Below are positions 11,231 to 21,300 of a stretch of DNA of 32,354 bases, piece after piece; positions within the stretch are counted from its first letter, which is position 1; each line of letters opens with the position of its first letter. Both the position numbers and the translations under genes were made by a program. The stretch is from Pelomyxa schiedti. Its lineage: Eukaryota > Protista > Evosea. The notes under the pieces were generated by a model that saw only the letters and a list, made by a program, of their open reading frames with translations, was not told the origin of the DNA and searched no databases. The stretch is taken from positions 1 to 32,354 of the forward strand of contig JAHLWZ010000352.1 in assembly GCA_020536535.1 (NCBI GenBank), given 5' to 3'.

Positions 11231-12338
11231 ATGTCGAAGGCGACCAAAATGATGCACCTGCTTAACTGCAGGATGCGCGTAACCATAGACGACGGGCGGA
11301 TGTTGGTAGGCAAGTTCATGGCGTTTGATAAACACATGAATTTGGTGCTGGGTGATGCGGAGGAGTTCAGGCGAGTAATAGTAAGCACGGGAGCGACGGG
11401 CGGCGCGGCCGCGGCTGCCGCTGCTGCCTCGACTGCATCGAGCGGCGGCGCGACCAGCACAACGGCTACGGCATCTACTTCAGCCGCGAAAACGCCGAAA
11501 GTTAAGGAGGAAAGAGACGACAAGAGATCGCTGGGTTTGACTCTAGTGAGAGGCGAATGCGTCGTTTCCCTGTCAGTTGAGGAGAGACCACCTCCGGAGG
11601 TAGAATTATGTTTTTTCTCTCTTGTCCTCTTCTTATTTCTCACCGTTTTTTTGCCCTTTCAGGATACCAAGAAATCAGGAACACAGTTTGGTGGGCCCGG
11701 ACAAGGTGTAGGTCGTGTAGCTAGTAGAGGTATTGCTGTTCCACCACCAGGACAAGCACCAGCAGGTAAATTTTATGCATAGAATCTTTGGGGTTGTATT
11801 TATGTGGAAAAAAGGACTTTCTGGCCCAGCTCGAGGAGTAGGAGCACCATCACCTTCTTCAATGATGCCATCCATGAGTACGCACCCTTAAATCCTTTTC
11901 CGTCGTTAATGTATACACAGCACCAACACCCGCGTTCAGAGGTATGCCATTCCCACCTGGGATGCCTCCCGGAATGCCTCCAATGATGCCCCCAGGTAGT
12001 GAATTTTGTTGAAAAATTTCTCTAATATTAATCAATTAAGGCAGAGGAATGCCCCCGGGTATGCCACCAATGCCTCCCGGTATGCCACCCCCAGGAATGC
12101 TTCCACCCGGTATGATTTATGTGTTATCGAAGCTTAACACGTACTTAAACACAACTTCACTACAATAGGCTTCCGCGGATTCCCACCAGGCATGATGCCA
12201 GGGATGATGCCGCCTCCACCCCCAGGCAGAGGGATGCCCCCAGGAATGATGCCTCCGCCCGGCATGATGCCGCCAGGGATGATGCCACCTCCAGGCCCAC
12301 CCGGAATGATGCCCCCTGGCCAGCAAGGACGATCCTAA
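11231..12338 (+). CDS. SNRPB: snRNP core protein Sm B/B' (SmB/SmN family), 6 exons
   Basis: Sm fold: MSKATKMMHLLNCRMRVTIDDGRMLVGKFMAFDKHMNLVLGDAEEFRRV ... RSLGLTLVRGECVVSLSVE, close to the human SmB N-terminus. The C-terminal tail is Pro/Gly/Met-rich with PPGM(M/R) repeats, as in SmB (GMPPGMPPMMPPG, GMMPPPGMMPPGMMPPPGPPGMMPPG). ATG at 11231 (the ORF track starts at a TTG at 11204). Exons: 11231-11599, 11663-11765, 11830-11877 (alternative acceptor would make this 11815-11877), 11921-11995, 12041-12109, 12169-12338 (TAA). Introns are 40-70 nt, all GT-AG. Confidence 0.85.
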
Positions 12339-12577
12339 GCCCACCAACACACCCAACACACCACGCTGCTCCTCTATCCGCCCCCCCATCGCACGTATCT
12401 CTATGGTACATGGGCTACAACAACAACACCCTCACGCACAAGTTGACACAGGCGACATCACTCTTTGTGTGTAACTCTCTTTCACAGTCTTTTTTGGCTT
12501 CACTCCAAAATCATCGACATCTCTTTCTGATCACTTTTTCCCTGTTTTCTGTTTTTACACGAAGTCCCGACATCAAG

Positions 12578-14194
12578 ATGTTGCGACGTTTGGCCACGGT
12601 GGCGAGCAGCCTCGGCAACCGCCAGCAACAACAAAACACCACAAGCGGCAGTAGCACGCGGCCGGGCACAACGGCGCCCGTGCTGCACAGGACCACTACT
12701 ACAGCCAATACCACCACAGCAACAGCCTCAGCCTCCTCGTCCCAGTCACCAGCACTCCTCCTCCTGCCGTCCAAGCCGCTGCGGGCCGCGCCCGCGCCCG
12801 CCGCCCCCGCGGCCACCTCGGCGGCCACGCCCAAGGCCCAGCAGCAGCAGCCCTCGCCGTCGCCCTCCCCCTCGTCGCCTGCCCCGCCCACGCACTCGCA
12901 GCAGCAGCCGCCGCCCTCCCCGTCGACGTCCGCGTCCCAGGCGACGCCCCAGCAGTTGCAGGGCGGCTATTATGGGACGGGCGGCGGACCCGACCCCCCT
13001 GGAAACGAAATCACTACGAGCGCAACCGCGACCTCTGTGACGGCAGAGGCACTGGCACCCGGTAGTACCACAACAACCATTGCCAATAGTAGCGATTATG
13101 GGTGTGGTGCGCATGCTACTGCAAAAGAATCAAACTCTACTACCACATGTACTATTGCGAATGGAGGTAGTACTAGTAGCAGCAGTACTAGCAATTGTGG
13201 AACCTGTGGTAACTCTAATAATACTAACCACGGCACACCGCAAACTAACCCCCCTCCTCACTCACCTTCACCAACAATATCTTCCCCGTCGCTCACTCCC
13301 TCGCCTTCACCATCCCCTACATTTGTATATTCACCCACACTTTTATCTTCACCTGCATTACCATCTTCTGCAGCTTCGTCCCAGTGCCAATCCTCATCCA
13401 ATTTAACCACTGCTGCAAACCCCTCACGAAACGCCAGTCCTGACACTGGAAAGACACCAGGAGGGGGTGCATCTGGCAGCAGCACTATGCGGTTGGGTGC
13501 GTCAAACACCAACTTACTGAAGCCGGTACCTTCCGGCCCTGAGGAATCTACTGGCACTGCTTATGCACAAAGGGCAAGGTTGGATGCAAATGACAAAAGT
13601 GGTAGTGACGAGTGGAAAGGGCACCACAAAAGGCTGACGGCTACACGAATGCACATGAAGATGGCCGAATTCTTGTACACTGAGACGGAAATCGTCACTT
13701 GGATAGAAACTACCTTGAAAGTGAAGTTCACAGAAACGAGGTCCCTGCAAAAAATATGTGAGGGTATGTACCGTTCTTCCCTCTTTCTGTTGATCAGTGA
13801 TCATTATAGACGGCACTGTGATGTGCAAATTACTAGCCTGTCTTGCACCTGACATGAAATTGCCGCCATTTCATTTTAAACCCTCTGCCACCGCTCAAGT
13901 ATTTTTGGAGGAGTGTTGGGACTACTAAAAACTCTTTAGAAAATTGAGAACATCAATTTCTTTCTTCTGGGATGCAAGCGTTTGCATATGCCGGTTGACA
14001 ATTTTGCAGCACAAAACCTTATAGACAACAAGCATTTGGATGAAGTTATCTCGATCCTAAGCTATCTCATGTGGGTTCCTTCTTCCTTGCCAACTGCTCC
14101 AACACTTCTCAAGGAAAAGGGCTTTATCTGTACCCACCACCACTGGTCGAGCCGAGGTCACAGTCAAACTGGCAGGTACACTGAATTCACCTAG
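12578..14194 (+). CDS. Protein with a ~395-aa low-complexity N-terminus and a single IQGAP-type calponin-homology (CH) domain
   Basis: Exon 1 (12578-13763) encodes a Ser/Thr/Pro/Ala/Gln-rich region, then RLTATRMHMKMAEFLYTETEIVTWIETTL (compare IQGAP1 RLTAEEMDERRRQNVAYEYLCHLEEAKRWMEA). Exon 2 (13798-13898): IIDGTVMCKLLACLAPDMKLPPFHFKPS. Exon 3 (13940-14175 if spliced again, or to the TAG at 14192-14194): KIENINFFLLGCKRLHMPVDNFAAQNLIDNKHLDEVISILSYLMW. Introns are 34 and 41 nt. I see no RasGAP or IQ region. The 3' end is uncertain: a possible short fourth exon would end near 14250. An AATAAA lies at 14299-14304. Confidence 0.65.
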
Positions 14195-14298
14195 TTGTAA
14201 TACATTTATAATCTAAAACAAGGACCGGACTCGACACCACTTGATGTTACTTTTTCCGCTATGACTCCTGTAATTGATGTAAAAAAAAAAATCGCGGA

Positions 14299-14304
14299 AA
14301 TAAA
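14299..14304 (+). promoter_or_regulatory. Candidate polyadenylation signal AATAAA for the CH-domain gene
   Basis: AATAAA lies about 100 nt downstream of the inferred stop of the CH-domain gene, after an A11 run, and before the myotubularin ATG at 14583. Confidence 0.3.
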
Positions 14305-14582
14305 GAACATCTCCCCAACAGAAATAGAGCACTATGGTAAAGCTTATTATAAATGAACTGCTAAATCATTATTGATAATTGCCAGGCCTTTATACTGTTG
14401 ACCCAGGTCAGAACATTTTGAGAGCTTTTCTGTAATTAATCTCCTTCTCGGTTGTAGCTCTCTCTCAGCCTGTTTGGATTGACGAAGAAGCCACTCTTGA
14501 CGAAATTCCCCTGGATAGCCAAGTTCGCCCGTTATTTTATTCCAATTCTCAAAAATAGTGATAGAGCCTTCAATTTGAGAAA

Positions 14583-16933
14583 ATGAAAAAGCGAGTGAAA
14601 GACATGGTGAAAAAGACATGTGCTGACCTGCCCTTGGTACATTTCCTCCCATAAAGGTAGGTTTAGTAACTCCTCATAACCAGATTCTTGATTTAACTGC
14701 GAAGAAGGGATTTCAGGGGCCTAATCTCAAAATTCCAGCCCGTGGTCTTATCCCAAATGATGCGGTTCAATTTTATTCGTGGAATATTGTCCATATTCAC
14801 ACTGACTCTTTCATTTTTGGAACACTCTTTGTCACAAAGTACAATATAATCTTCGAACCTTATGCTTGGGTAATATTTCACACCAATTTACCGTACCCTT
14901 ACAGCTTATAAGTTACCTCAAAGTGCCAGCAACAGTGCAGCCCGTCCTGTATCCAGATCTTGTGAGTCAGGGACAAGCATGTGCTCTCGTCAAGGGTTTA
15001 GGGTTCCCCTAGCTACAATTTCCAAGATAACAGCAACAACCGGAATATCGAGACAAGTTGGGAAGTATAAAACGTCTGTCCACGAAACCTTTGAAACTTT
15101 TCTGACCCCACTACCAAAAGTTTCGAACTTGTGTGCAAAGATTTTAATGAAGTCAGATTTTCTTATCTTGTGCGAATGGGCAATCCTCTCTGCGATCCTG
15201 TCGTTCAGCTTGTAGACCGTCATAAAATTCCAGAGAATAACTTCCAATATGCCTTTTGTATTAAAGGTTTACCTGTGTCTGTCTTCCCAGTGTTTTAACC
15301 CCAAGTGCACCATTTCTCCTAGGGCCATGCGGGGAGCATGACGGTTGGAAGGTATATGATCCCCCTAACGAATTTGCCCGAATGGGAATACCATGCAAAG
15401 TACCTTCTCCTGGGTTATGTATTATCTCAAGGTGCTATAGGAATGGCGACTGTCGCAAATAAACAGTGCATACGTTGCTTCATCTTATCCTCGAACTCTA
15501 TGTGTTCCCTCTGCAATTGATGACACTCAGCTGGAAAAAGTCATGCACTTTAGGAGTAAGGGCAGAATTCCAGGTGCTTTTTATCTTTGCTCAATCGATC
15601 TAATCATGGTAGCGGTTGTTTTCAGGTTTCAACTCAATGGAACCGTAATGCTCAGATGTTCACAACCAGGTAGTACCATTCCAGAATTATTCCTCTCACC
15701 ACAGAAAAAGCTGTTGGAATGCTGGGTAAGCGCTGTGAAGAAGATGAATTGCTTTTTGCTACATTAGCCAACCCATTGTGCTCCCCTGCGCCAACTCACC
15801 GAGGTACATCTGGACAACTAAAATGAAGTCCTTGACTGAGATGTAGTTCTCATATTTGACGCCCGGCCAAAGATCAATGCACTCGCAAATAAGTTAAAGG
15901 GTATGGGCTATGAGACATACTCAAACTGCAAAATGTCTTTCCTGGGCATTGAAAATATTCATGCTATCAGAGAGAGTTTTAAGAAACTCAGGTTTGCATT
16001 ACCCCAACATTTCTTTTTGTGGTCTTAAGGATCAGCTAGAGCTGTAGTTAACCTTGAACCATATGCACAGTCAAGTGATAAGTTTGAAGCATCAAAATGG
16101 CCAGGTTTGTCCCCCTTTTTCCGCACCTATCTTATTGTGCAATAACAGCACATATTGTAACAATCCTGAGGGGCAGTTATATTATCTCGGCGTTTATGCA
16201 AAAAGGGGAACAGATTGTTGTACACTGCAGTGATGGCTGGGATCGTACAAGTTCCGCTCCATACTCTTACATTCCAACATTGACCTTTCTTTTACCATTC
16301 TCATTCAACAGGCCAATTAACTGCGTTATCCCAAATGATCCTTGATCCCTACTACAGAACCCTTGTTGGATTTGAGGTGTTAATAGAAAAAGAGTGGCTA
16401 AGTTTCGGGTATCTCGGCAATTCAAAAAACCCTTGTTTGTGCTAATCAGAGACAATTTTAGGCATAAATTTTCTACCCGCGTTGGCCACGCCACGGCCGA
16501 TCATAAAGACCAAGAAAGGCACGTATTTACCTACACCATAAATCACCCCAATAACACACAAACAAGATCACCGATATTCCTCCAGTTCCTAGACTGCGTT
16601 TACCAAATATGGTTCCAGTACAAATCCGCTTTCGAATTCACAGATAGGCTTCTTGAAACAATAGCAGAACACCACATAAGCTGCTGTTTTGGTACGTTCC
16701 TATTCAATTCCGAACAAGAGCGGATGCACCGACAACTCCCCGCCAAGACAGTTTCACTCTGGTCCCACATCAACTTCCACAGCACACACTTTACCAACAC
16801 CACATTTGCTCCCACAGCAGGACCCCTCATTGACAGCCCCACATGTGGTAAATTGGGAGGTAACCTCACCCCTCTGGACGTTAGACTGTGGCCTTATTAC
16901 TATGTATGGAGGAACTACCACTATTGCACGTGA
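14583..16933 (+). CDS. Myotubularin-family phosphoinositide 3-phosphatase (GRAM/PH plus active CX5R phosphatase domain), about 13 exons
   Basis: GRAM domain: [37 protein letters not shown] (compare MTMR2 [39 protein letters not shown]), [30 protein letters not shown]. Linker: [70 protein letters not shown]. Phosphatase domain: [43 protein letters not shown], the catalytic loop [14 protein letters not shown] with Cys and Arg of CX5R intact, [90 protein letters not shown] at 14583 (in-frame TAG upstream), TGA at 16931-16933. Exons: 14583-14636, 14684-14869, 14967-15064 (an alternative acceptor gives 14913-15064), 15121-15266, 15323-15399, 15441-15573, 15613-15725, 15768-15777 (tentative 10-nt microexon), 15841-15991, 16040-16104, 16149-16250, 16312-16408, 16450-16933. 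The minus-strand ORFs 14347-14652, 14693-14881 and 14990-15247 are antisense artefacts. Confidence 0.8.
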
Positions 16934-17641
16934 AAGTGGGGTTTTGTAAGTGATGTCTGTAATAGAAATATGAAATTTTGAAAGTAGGGGCTATACCCTC
17001 GCATAACATAGATAATAGATTATTTTGCAATAAATTCCATCTTTGGGTCCAAACATCGGAACCACGGGGCCTCCGTGCCCAGATGTGCGTCCATACGATG
17101 TGTCACACCGTGGGTAGGACTGTTGGCGCGAGCAGGGATGTCGAGGGGCACTTGTGGCCGAGAAAACCAATGAGGGAGGTACAGGGGTTTTGTAACTTTA
17201 ATACTGCCCAAACAACACATAATCCACAATCACTACAGGGTGGTACAGTGCATAGTTACAATATTCCTCCTTTCCAGGAAGTACCTTCCTAGTTCCCACG
17301 GTCCCCTCATGTGTCTATTTCTGGGGTTTTAAACAGAAAAAAAAAAATACCTTGTAAATAATCCTGCAGCCCATACTCGATGCCCATGCTGTGGTTGATT
17401 GTCAGAATCGTAAGATAACTTTTGGAAATGGTTTCAGTTGATTTGGACTCCAAGGTGTCCCTTTTCTCAATGGTGCTCAACATACAGCCAATCACAGAGG
17501 CCAAGTGCATGAGGAAAAAAAAAAAAAAAATTCCAAAAACAAAATCCTTGTGTGGGCGTTGATCAGCATGCTCCAATAGACAGGGCCTGTGCAAAAATAA
17601 AATTAAAAAAATTTCCCATCACTGCTGGTCCTTTCGGGAGT

Positions 17642-17716
17642 CGCCTGCGGTGGGAATCGAACCTCGGTCTATCAGATTCGAACCAAATAGCTTTACCACT
17701 GAGCTATCTGGGTTTG
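17642..17716 (-). tRNA. tRNA-like Pol III element (tRNA pseudogene or SINE head); no canonical cloverleaf
   Basis: The minus strand reads ...AACCCAGATAGCTCAGTGGTAAAGCTATTTGGTTCGAATCTGATAGACCGAGGTTCGATTCCCACCGCAGGCGA. A perfect A box TAGCTCAGTGG (plus 17696-17706) and B box GGTTCGATTCC (plus 17653-17663) sit at tRNA-like spacing (about 44 nt). A second GGTTCGAATC motif lies between them. I could not pair an acceptor stem or T stem (only G53-C61 and G52-C62 pair), and the D stem has mismatches. So it is more likely a decayed tRNA gene or a tRNA-derived SINE than a functional tRNA. Confidence 0.35.
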
Positions 17717-17787
17717 TTATTACCTACTGCGCATGTGTGACTACTACTACTCTAGGGGTTTCTCGTCGGGTGACGGGTTTTCTGACC

Positions 17788-17822
17788 CTACGCAATAAGT
17801 ACAAAAGGTACTTATTGCGTAG
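17788..17822. repeat. Perfect 15-bp inverted repeat (hairpin) with a 5-nt loop
   Basis: ctacgcaataagtac (17788-17802), loop aaaag, gtacttattgcgtag (17808-17822): a perfect reverse complement with 15/15 paired. It lies about 70 nt from the tRNA-like element and is followed by a T-rich tract (ttttctttcttttctttttatttttttcc). Confidence 0.8.
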
Positions 17823-18348
17823 TGACCTTTTTCTTTCTTTTCTTTTTATTTTTTTCCTTTTATTGTTTTATTTGAATGTTATAATCGGATTGACAAAGAA
17901 AATTGTTTGGCTTTCTGCAACTGGGCATTAGATTTAGAATCACTATTCTATGTGTAACTAGATCCAAAGTAGTAGCCATCAATTCCAATGTCTTTGTTTG
18001 GAAGTTTATTCAGGGATACAGGTTACCTTGGTTGGTGTAATTAGGTGTAGGTGAGGGTTTTTTATTGGAGTTGAACTATATGGAAAATCACAAAAACAGA
18101 TTTATGTACAATCCTTTTTTTAATTTACATAGCCTTTGCTACCAGTACCTAAGCTTAGTGTAGATCATTATGCACTAACTGCTTCATTGATGATGGACTC
18201 CCTCATTTGATCGTTTCTTCGAATGCCCCATCAACCATTGCAACGTGACCATTGGAGGGCTGCCATGTACAAGATAGAGTAGTATGTTTCTTTCTGGAAT
18301 TTTGTCAGGAGCTCGGCCACTGATTTCTCACCTCGTACCAAGTAGGAT

Positions 18349-18354
18349 TTTATT
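18349..18354 (-). promoter_or_regulatory. Candidate polyadenylation signal (AATAAA on the minus strand) for the large minus-strand gene
   Basis: Plus-strand tttatt at 18349-18354 is AATAAA on the minus strand, about 30 nt downstream of the stop at 18385. Confidence 0.3.
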
Positions 18355-18384
18355 TACTCTAATACAAAATTGAAGTGTCTTCTT

Positions 18385-21300
18385 CTATTCCTCTGACTTT
18401 GTTGAGGTTGTTTGGTGGCTCCTTCTTCTCTTTGACTTTGGTTGGTGTGGTTTCTGTGACTCAGGGCTACTGTTACTGTTGTGGCATTTTGGTGGTGCTG
18501 TTTGTGGTGGTTGCCTTGCAATGTTTTTGTGCATCGGACTCCCGGTTTTGATTACCTCGTTCAGTGCGGTAGTAGGAGTTGTGGGAAGGCCGTCGGAGAC
18601 CGGTGATTGTACTGCTGTGTCATCCTCGTCATTGTCTGGCTGGTATTCCTCGTCTTCATCGTCGTCGGTTATGGGCTTCCGGGCTCTCTTTGCCGGCACC
18701 CGCCGGGTGGTAGTTGTGGCACGCGGCTTGGTTACACGCGGCTTCCTGACAGCGGGTGAGGTACGCCTTCTTTTGGCTGGGATAAAAGTGGTTTGAGAAC
18801 GGTGAAAAAGAAGGGGAGACTCACGTTTTGCTTGGGCCCATCCTGTTATGTCCTCGTCACTTAGGCTTGTTTTAAGCTGTGGATGACAGTCATGATACAG
18901 AAGTAAGAAGTTACAGGGAAACCTTCTTGTACAGCCGTTGGCAATATTCGAGAAGGGACTCCGCTTCGCCACACTCCAAGTCGGATTGTATAACAGGAGG
19001 AGGGGTACTGTGATTTAGTTCGATTTGATAAATAAGTTCAGCTTTGTCTTCTTTGGAGTCTGCTTCTTCGGAGTAGTTTTTACATCGGCTGTTGAAACAA
19101 GTTAACCATTAGAGCAGCATGTTTCCTACTTACCTTTCAGTAAGATTGTAGGAAGACTTCAGGAAGTGCCTAAGATCCAACAGACACAAAATTGGTATGG
19201 CCAGGTGAGGCTTGTACTGTATGTCTTCCTCTGGAAATTAATTGTTAAGAGTTCAAAGTTCATTAAAAAATAAAAACCTGCTATTGAAGCTTTCATTTCA
19301 GAGAGTACAGATTGACCACGTAGCATTATGTGGCGAGTTGCAGCTGCCACAACAAAGAGAGGCTCATCATGGGTACGGTAAGGTAGGAGTGCAGCAGTTT
19401 CGGCGAGGTATTTGCAGTAGGCCAAAATTTCCTTTTGGTAGCAAGATTACTTTGACTGCAAGAATATGACTAAAGAAACATTTTCAGGTGGCTTGTCAAA
19501 TGAGTCCAAGAGGACACTCAGGAATTGGTGTTTACTCTTCTTGGTGATGTGACTGTAAACTCGGCCAAACAGAGTACATATGGTGTTTTGGGATTGTTGT
19601 ATTGCAACTGTGGTGAGTAAGAGGAAAAAAGAAAGCCTTACATTTACACACCACGAACAGTGCCAAGTACCTTTCTCTGGAACAAGTACGATTGCTTGAA
19701 ACCCTCAGCTAACCGGTTGAGGATCTGTGAAAAGTTAAGGTTGTGGCGACAGAGAAAAATCCATCATACAAAATCAGGGAAAAATTCTTGTATGTAATCA
19801 ATAATTTCGAGGGCTTTCTCGCAAATAGGGGGATCATCAGTAACCAAGGCCAGAATGTTTCCCAGGAACTAAAAAGGTATCAGTATCACAGGGTTCAAAT
19901 TTGTCCAAGAAAAAGGATACCGAGAGTGGGTTGGTAGACCCGGATTTGATGGCCAACTTGAAAACGCCAAGAGCACTGGCTCTGGTAGAATCCTTGGAAT
20001 CCAAAAGCATAGCACTCACGTAATGCAGATTGGAAGTGACAATAGAGGCATTGATTCTGTAGAGATTATTGCCTTAGTGCAGCTTGAAAGATGATTTTTC
20101 TTACAATGGTTCCTTGGCTGTCACGTCAGGGAGTGTTGTGCCAGAACCGAGGCCATCTTCCACAACGGCGTCGATAGCTCCAGGATCCGATTCACACTTG
20201 GCTGGCGTAGCATCTGACTGAGCATTTAAATGGTTGTCAGGCCCATGGGTGGTGCTTGGCTTGGTTGATGCCACGAGGATATCTGACAAAACAAGAAGGG
20301 CTGCATCTTTTGTGAGAGATGAAGAAGATGTGAGTAGCTTTTGTAGCTCCGCTTTCACTTGTTCAATGTTACTTAAAACAGGCCACTGTGTCAAAATGCA
20401 TCCAAGCTGACATTTGTTCAGAAAGTATAAATAAATGGTAATAGCACACCATGTGGGCTGCTCGTGGACTAACATCCACTGAGTCACTTTTAAGAAACAC
20501 AAGAGTGATCTTCAGCATGGCTTTGTGTACCCCGCCAGCACCCAATTCCGCAGGTACCTTGGAAACAAGTGGTGGTGTTTGTTTCTGCTGAGGAGCAGCT
20601 TTTATAGTTTGCAGAATGCCTCGCTCGTTGAAATTGAAGTATTTGCAGAGGGTACCAAGGATATAAAGTGATCGTTGAATACCAATACTTGTCCCCGTTG
20701 CGTGGTCTTTTAGAAACATATCTGCCAAAGTGAGTAGGATTGAATGTTTATACCAAGATCCATTTAACTTAAGAAGACATACAAAAGCGAAGGAAGATCT
20801 CTTCCAATAACCGATAATTCAAGCTGACTTTCGAAACAATCGTACATAGGCATTTGGCGCAGCTTCCCACTACGCGTACGCCTTTCTTTGCATAGATCTG
20901 GAGAACGAGATCACATTCGATTTCGTTTATAATGGTGGCCGAAGGGTGTGGATAACTAGGAAGGAGGATGTCCAAGATATCTGCCACATACGCTACAGCA
21001 CGTTGCTCAAAAGTTGAGAGCTTGTTGTCAGACTTCAAGAAGGGATGAAGGGCAGTGAGGTGAGGGACAAGAAGAAGAGGATTTGCTTGAGTTATTGTAT
21101 ACAACACCTCAAAGCAACTGACAATGTTTGCTTGATCTTCCTGTCTGTTGTGATTCAAGTTTTCATGCATTTTTTAATGTGTACTTGATGTGCCTCTTCA
21201 AGGAGAGAAATAATTCTTTGAACGATGAATTTGCATACTCCCGCACATACTTTAGTAGCAACATCACTTGCTTTGTCAGAGAACACCTTAGTACTATTAG

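Noticed and set aside
12500-13855. Minus-strand ORFs 12511-12891, 12746-13114, 13258-13557 and 13514-13855
   Set aside because: They are antisense to the low-complexity first exon of the CH-domain gene. The same trinucleotide-repeat artefact applies.
14347-15247. Minus-strand ORFs 14347-14652, 14693-14881 and 14990-15247
   Set aside because: The plus strand in the same interval encodes the myotubularin N-terminal exon and GRAM domain ([41 protein letters not shown]), which align with MTM1/MTMR2. The minus frames have no recognisable content.
15661-15676. 15-16 nt GT..AG segments as introns, e.g. gtagtaccattccag in the myotubularin gene (15669-15683), gtactactttgcaag in Raptor (near 6010) and gtacattgctctttag in the cyclase gene (near 28190)
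   Set aside because: They are far below the 28-nt minimum I see elsewhere in this window. Reading through keeps the frame and the alignment, or in the Raptor case splicing creates a stop. A longer intron to the next AG (49 nt) was preferred in the cyclase case.
17642-17716. A functional tRNA gene
   Set aside because: A and B boxes are present, but I could not form a 7-bp acceptor stem, and the T stem pairs at only 2 of 5 positions. I downgraded it to a tRNA-like element, pseudogene or SINE. It is listed with low confidence, because a folding program might disagree with my hand fold.
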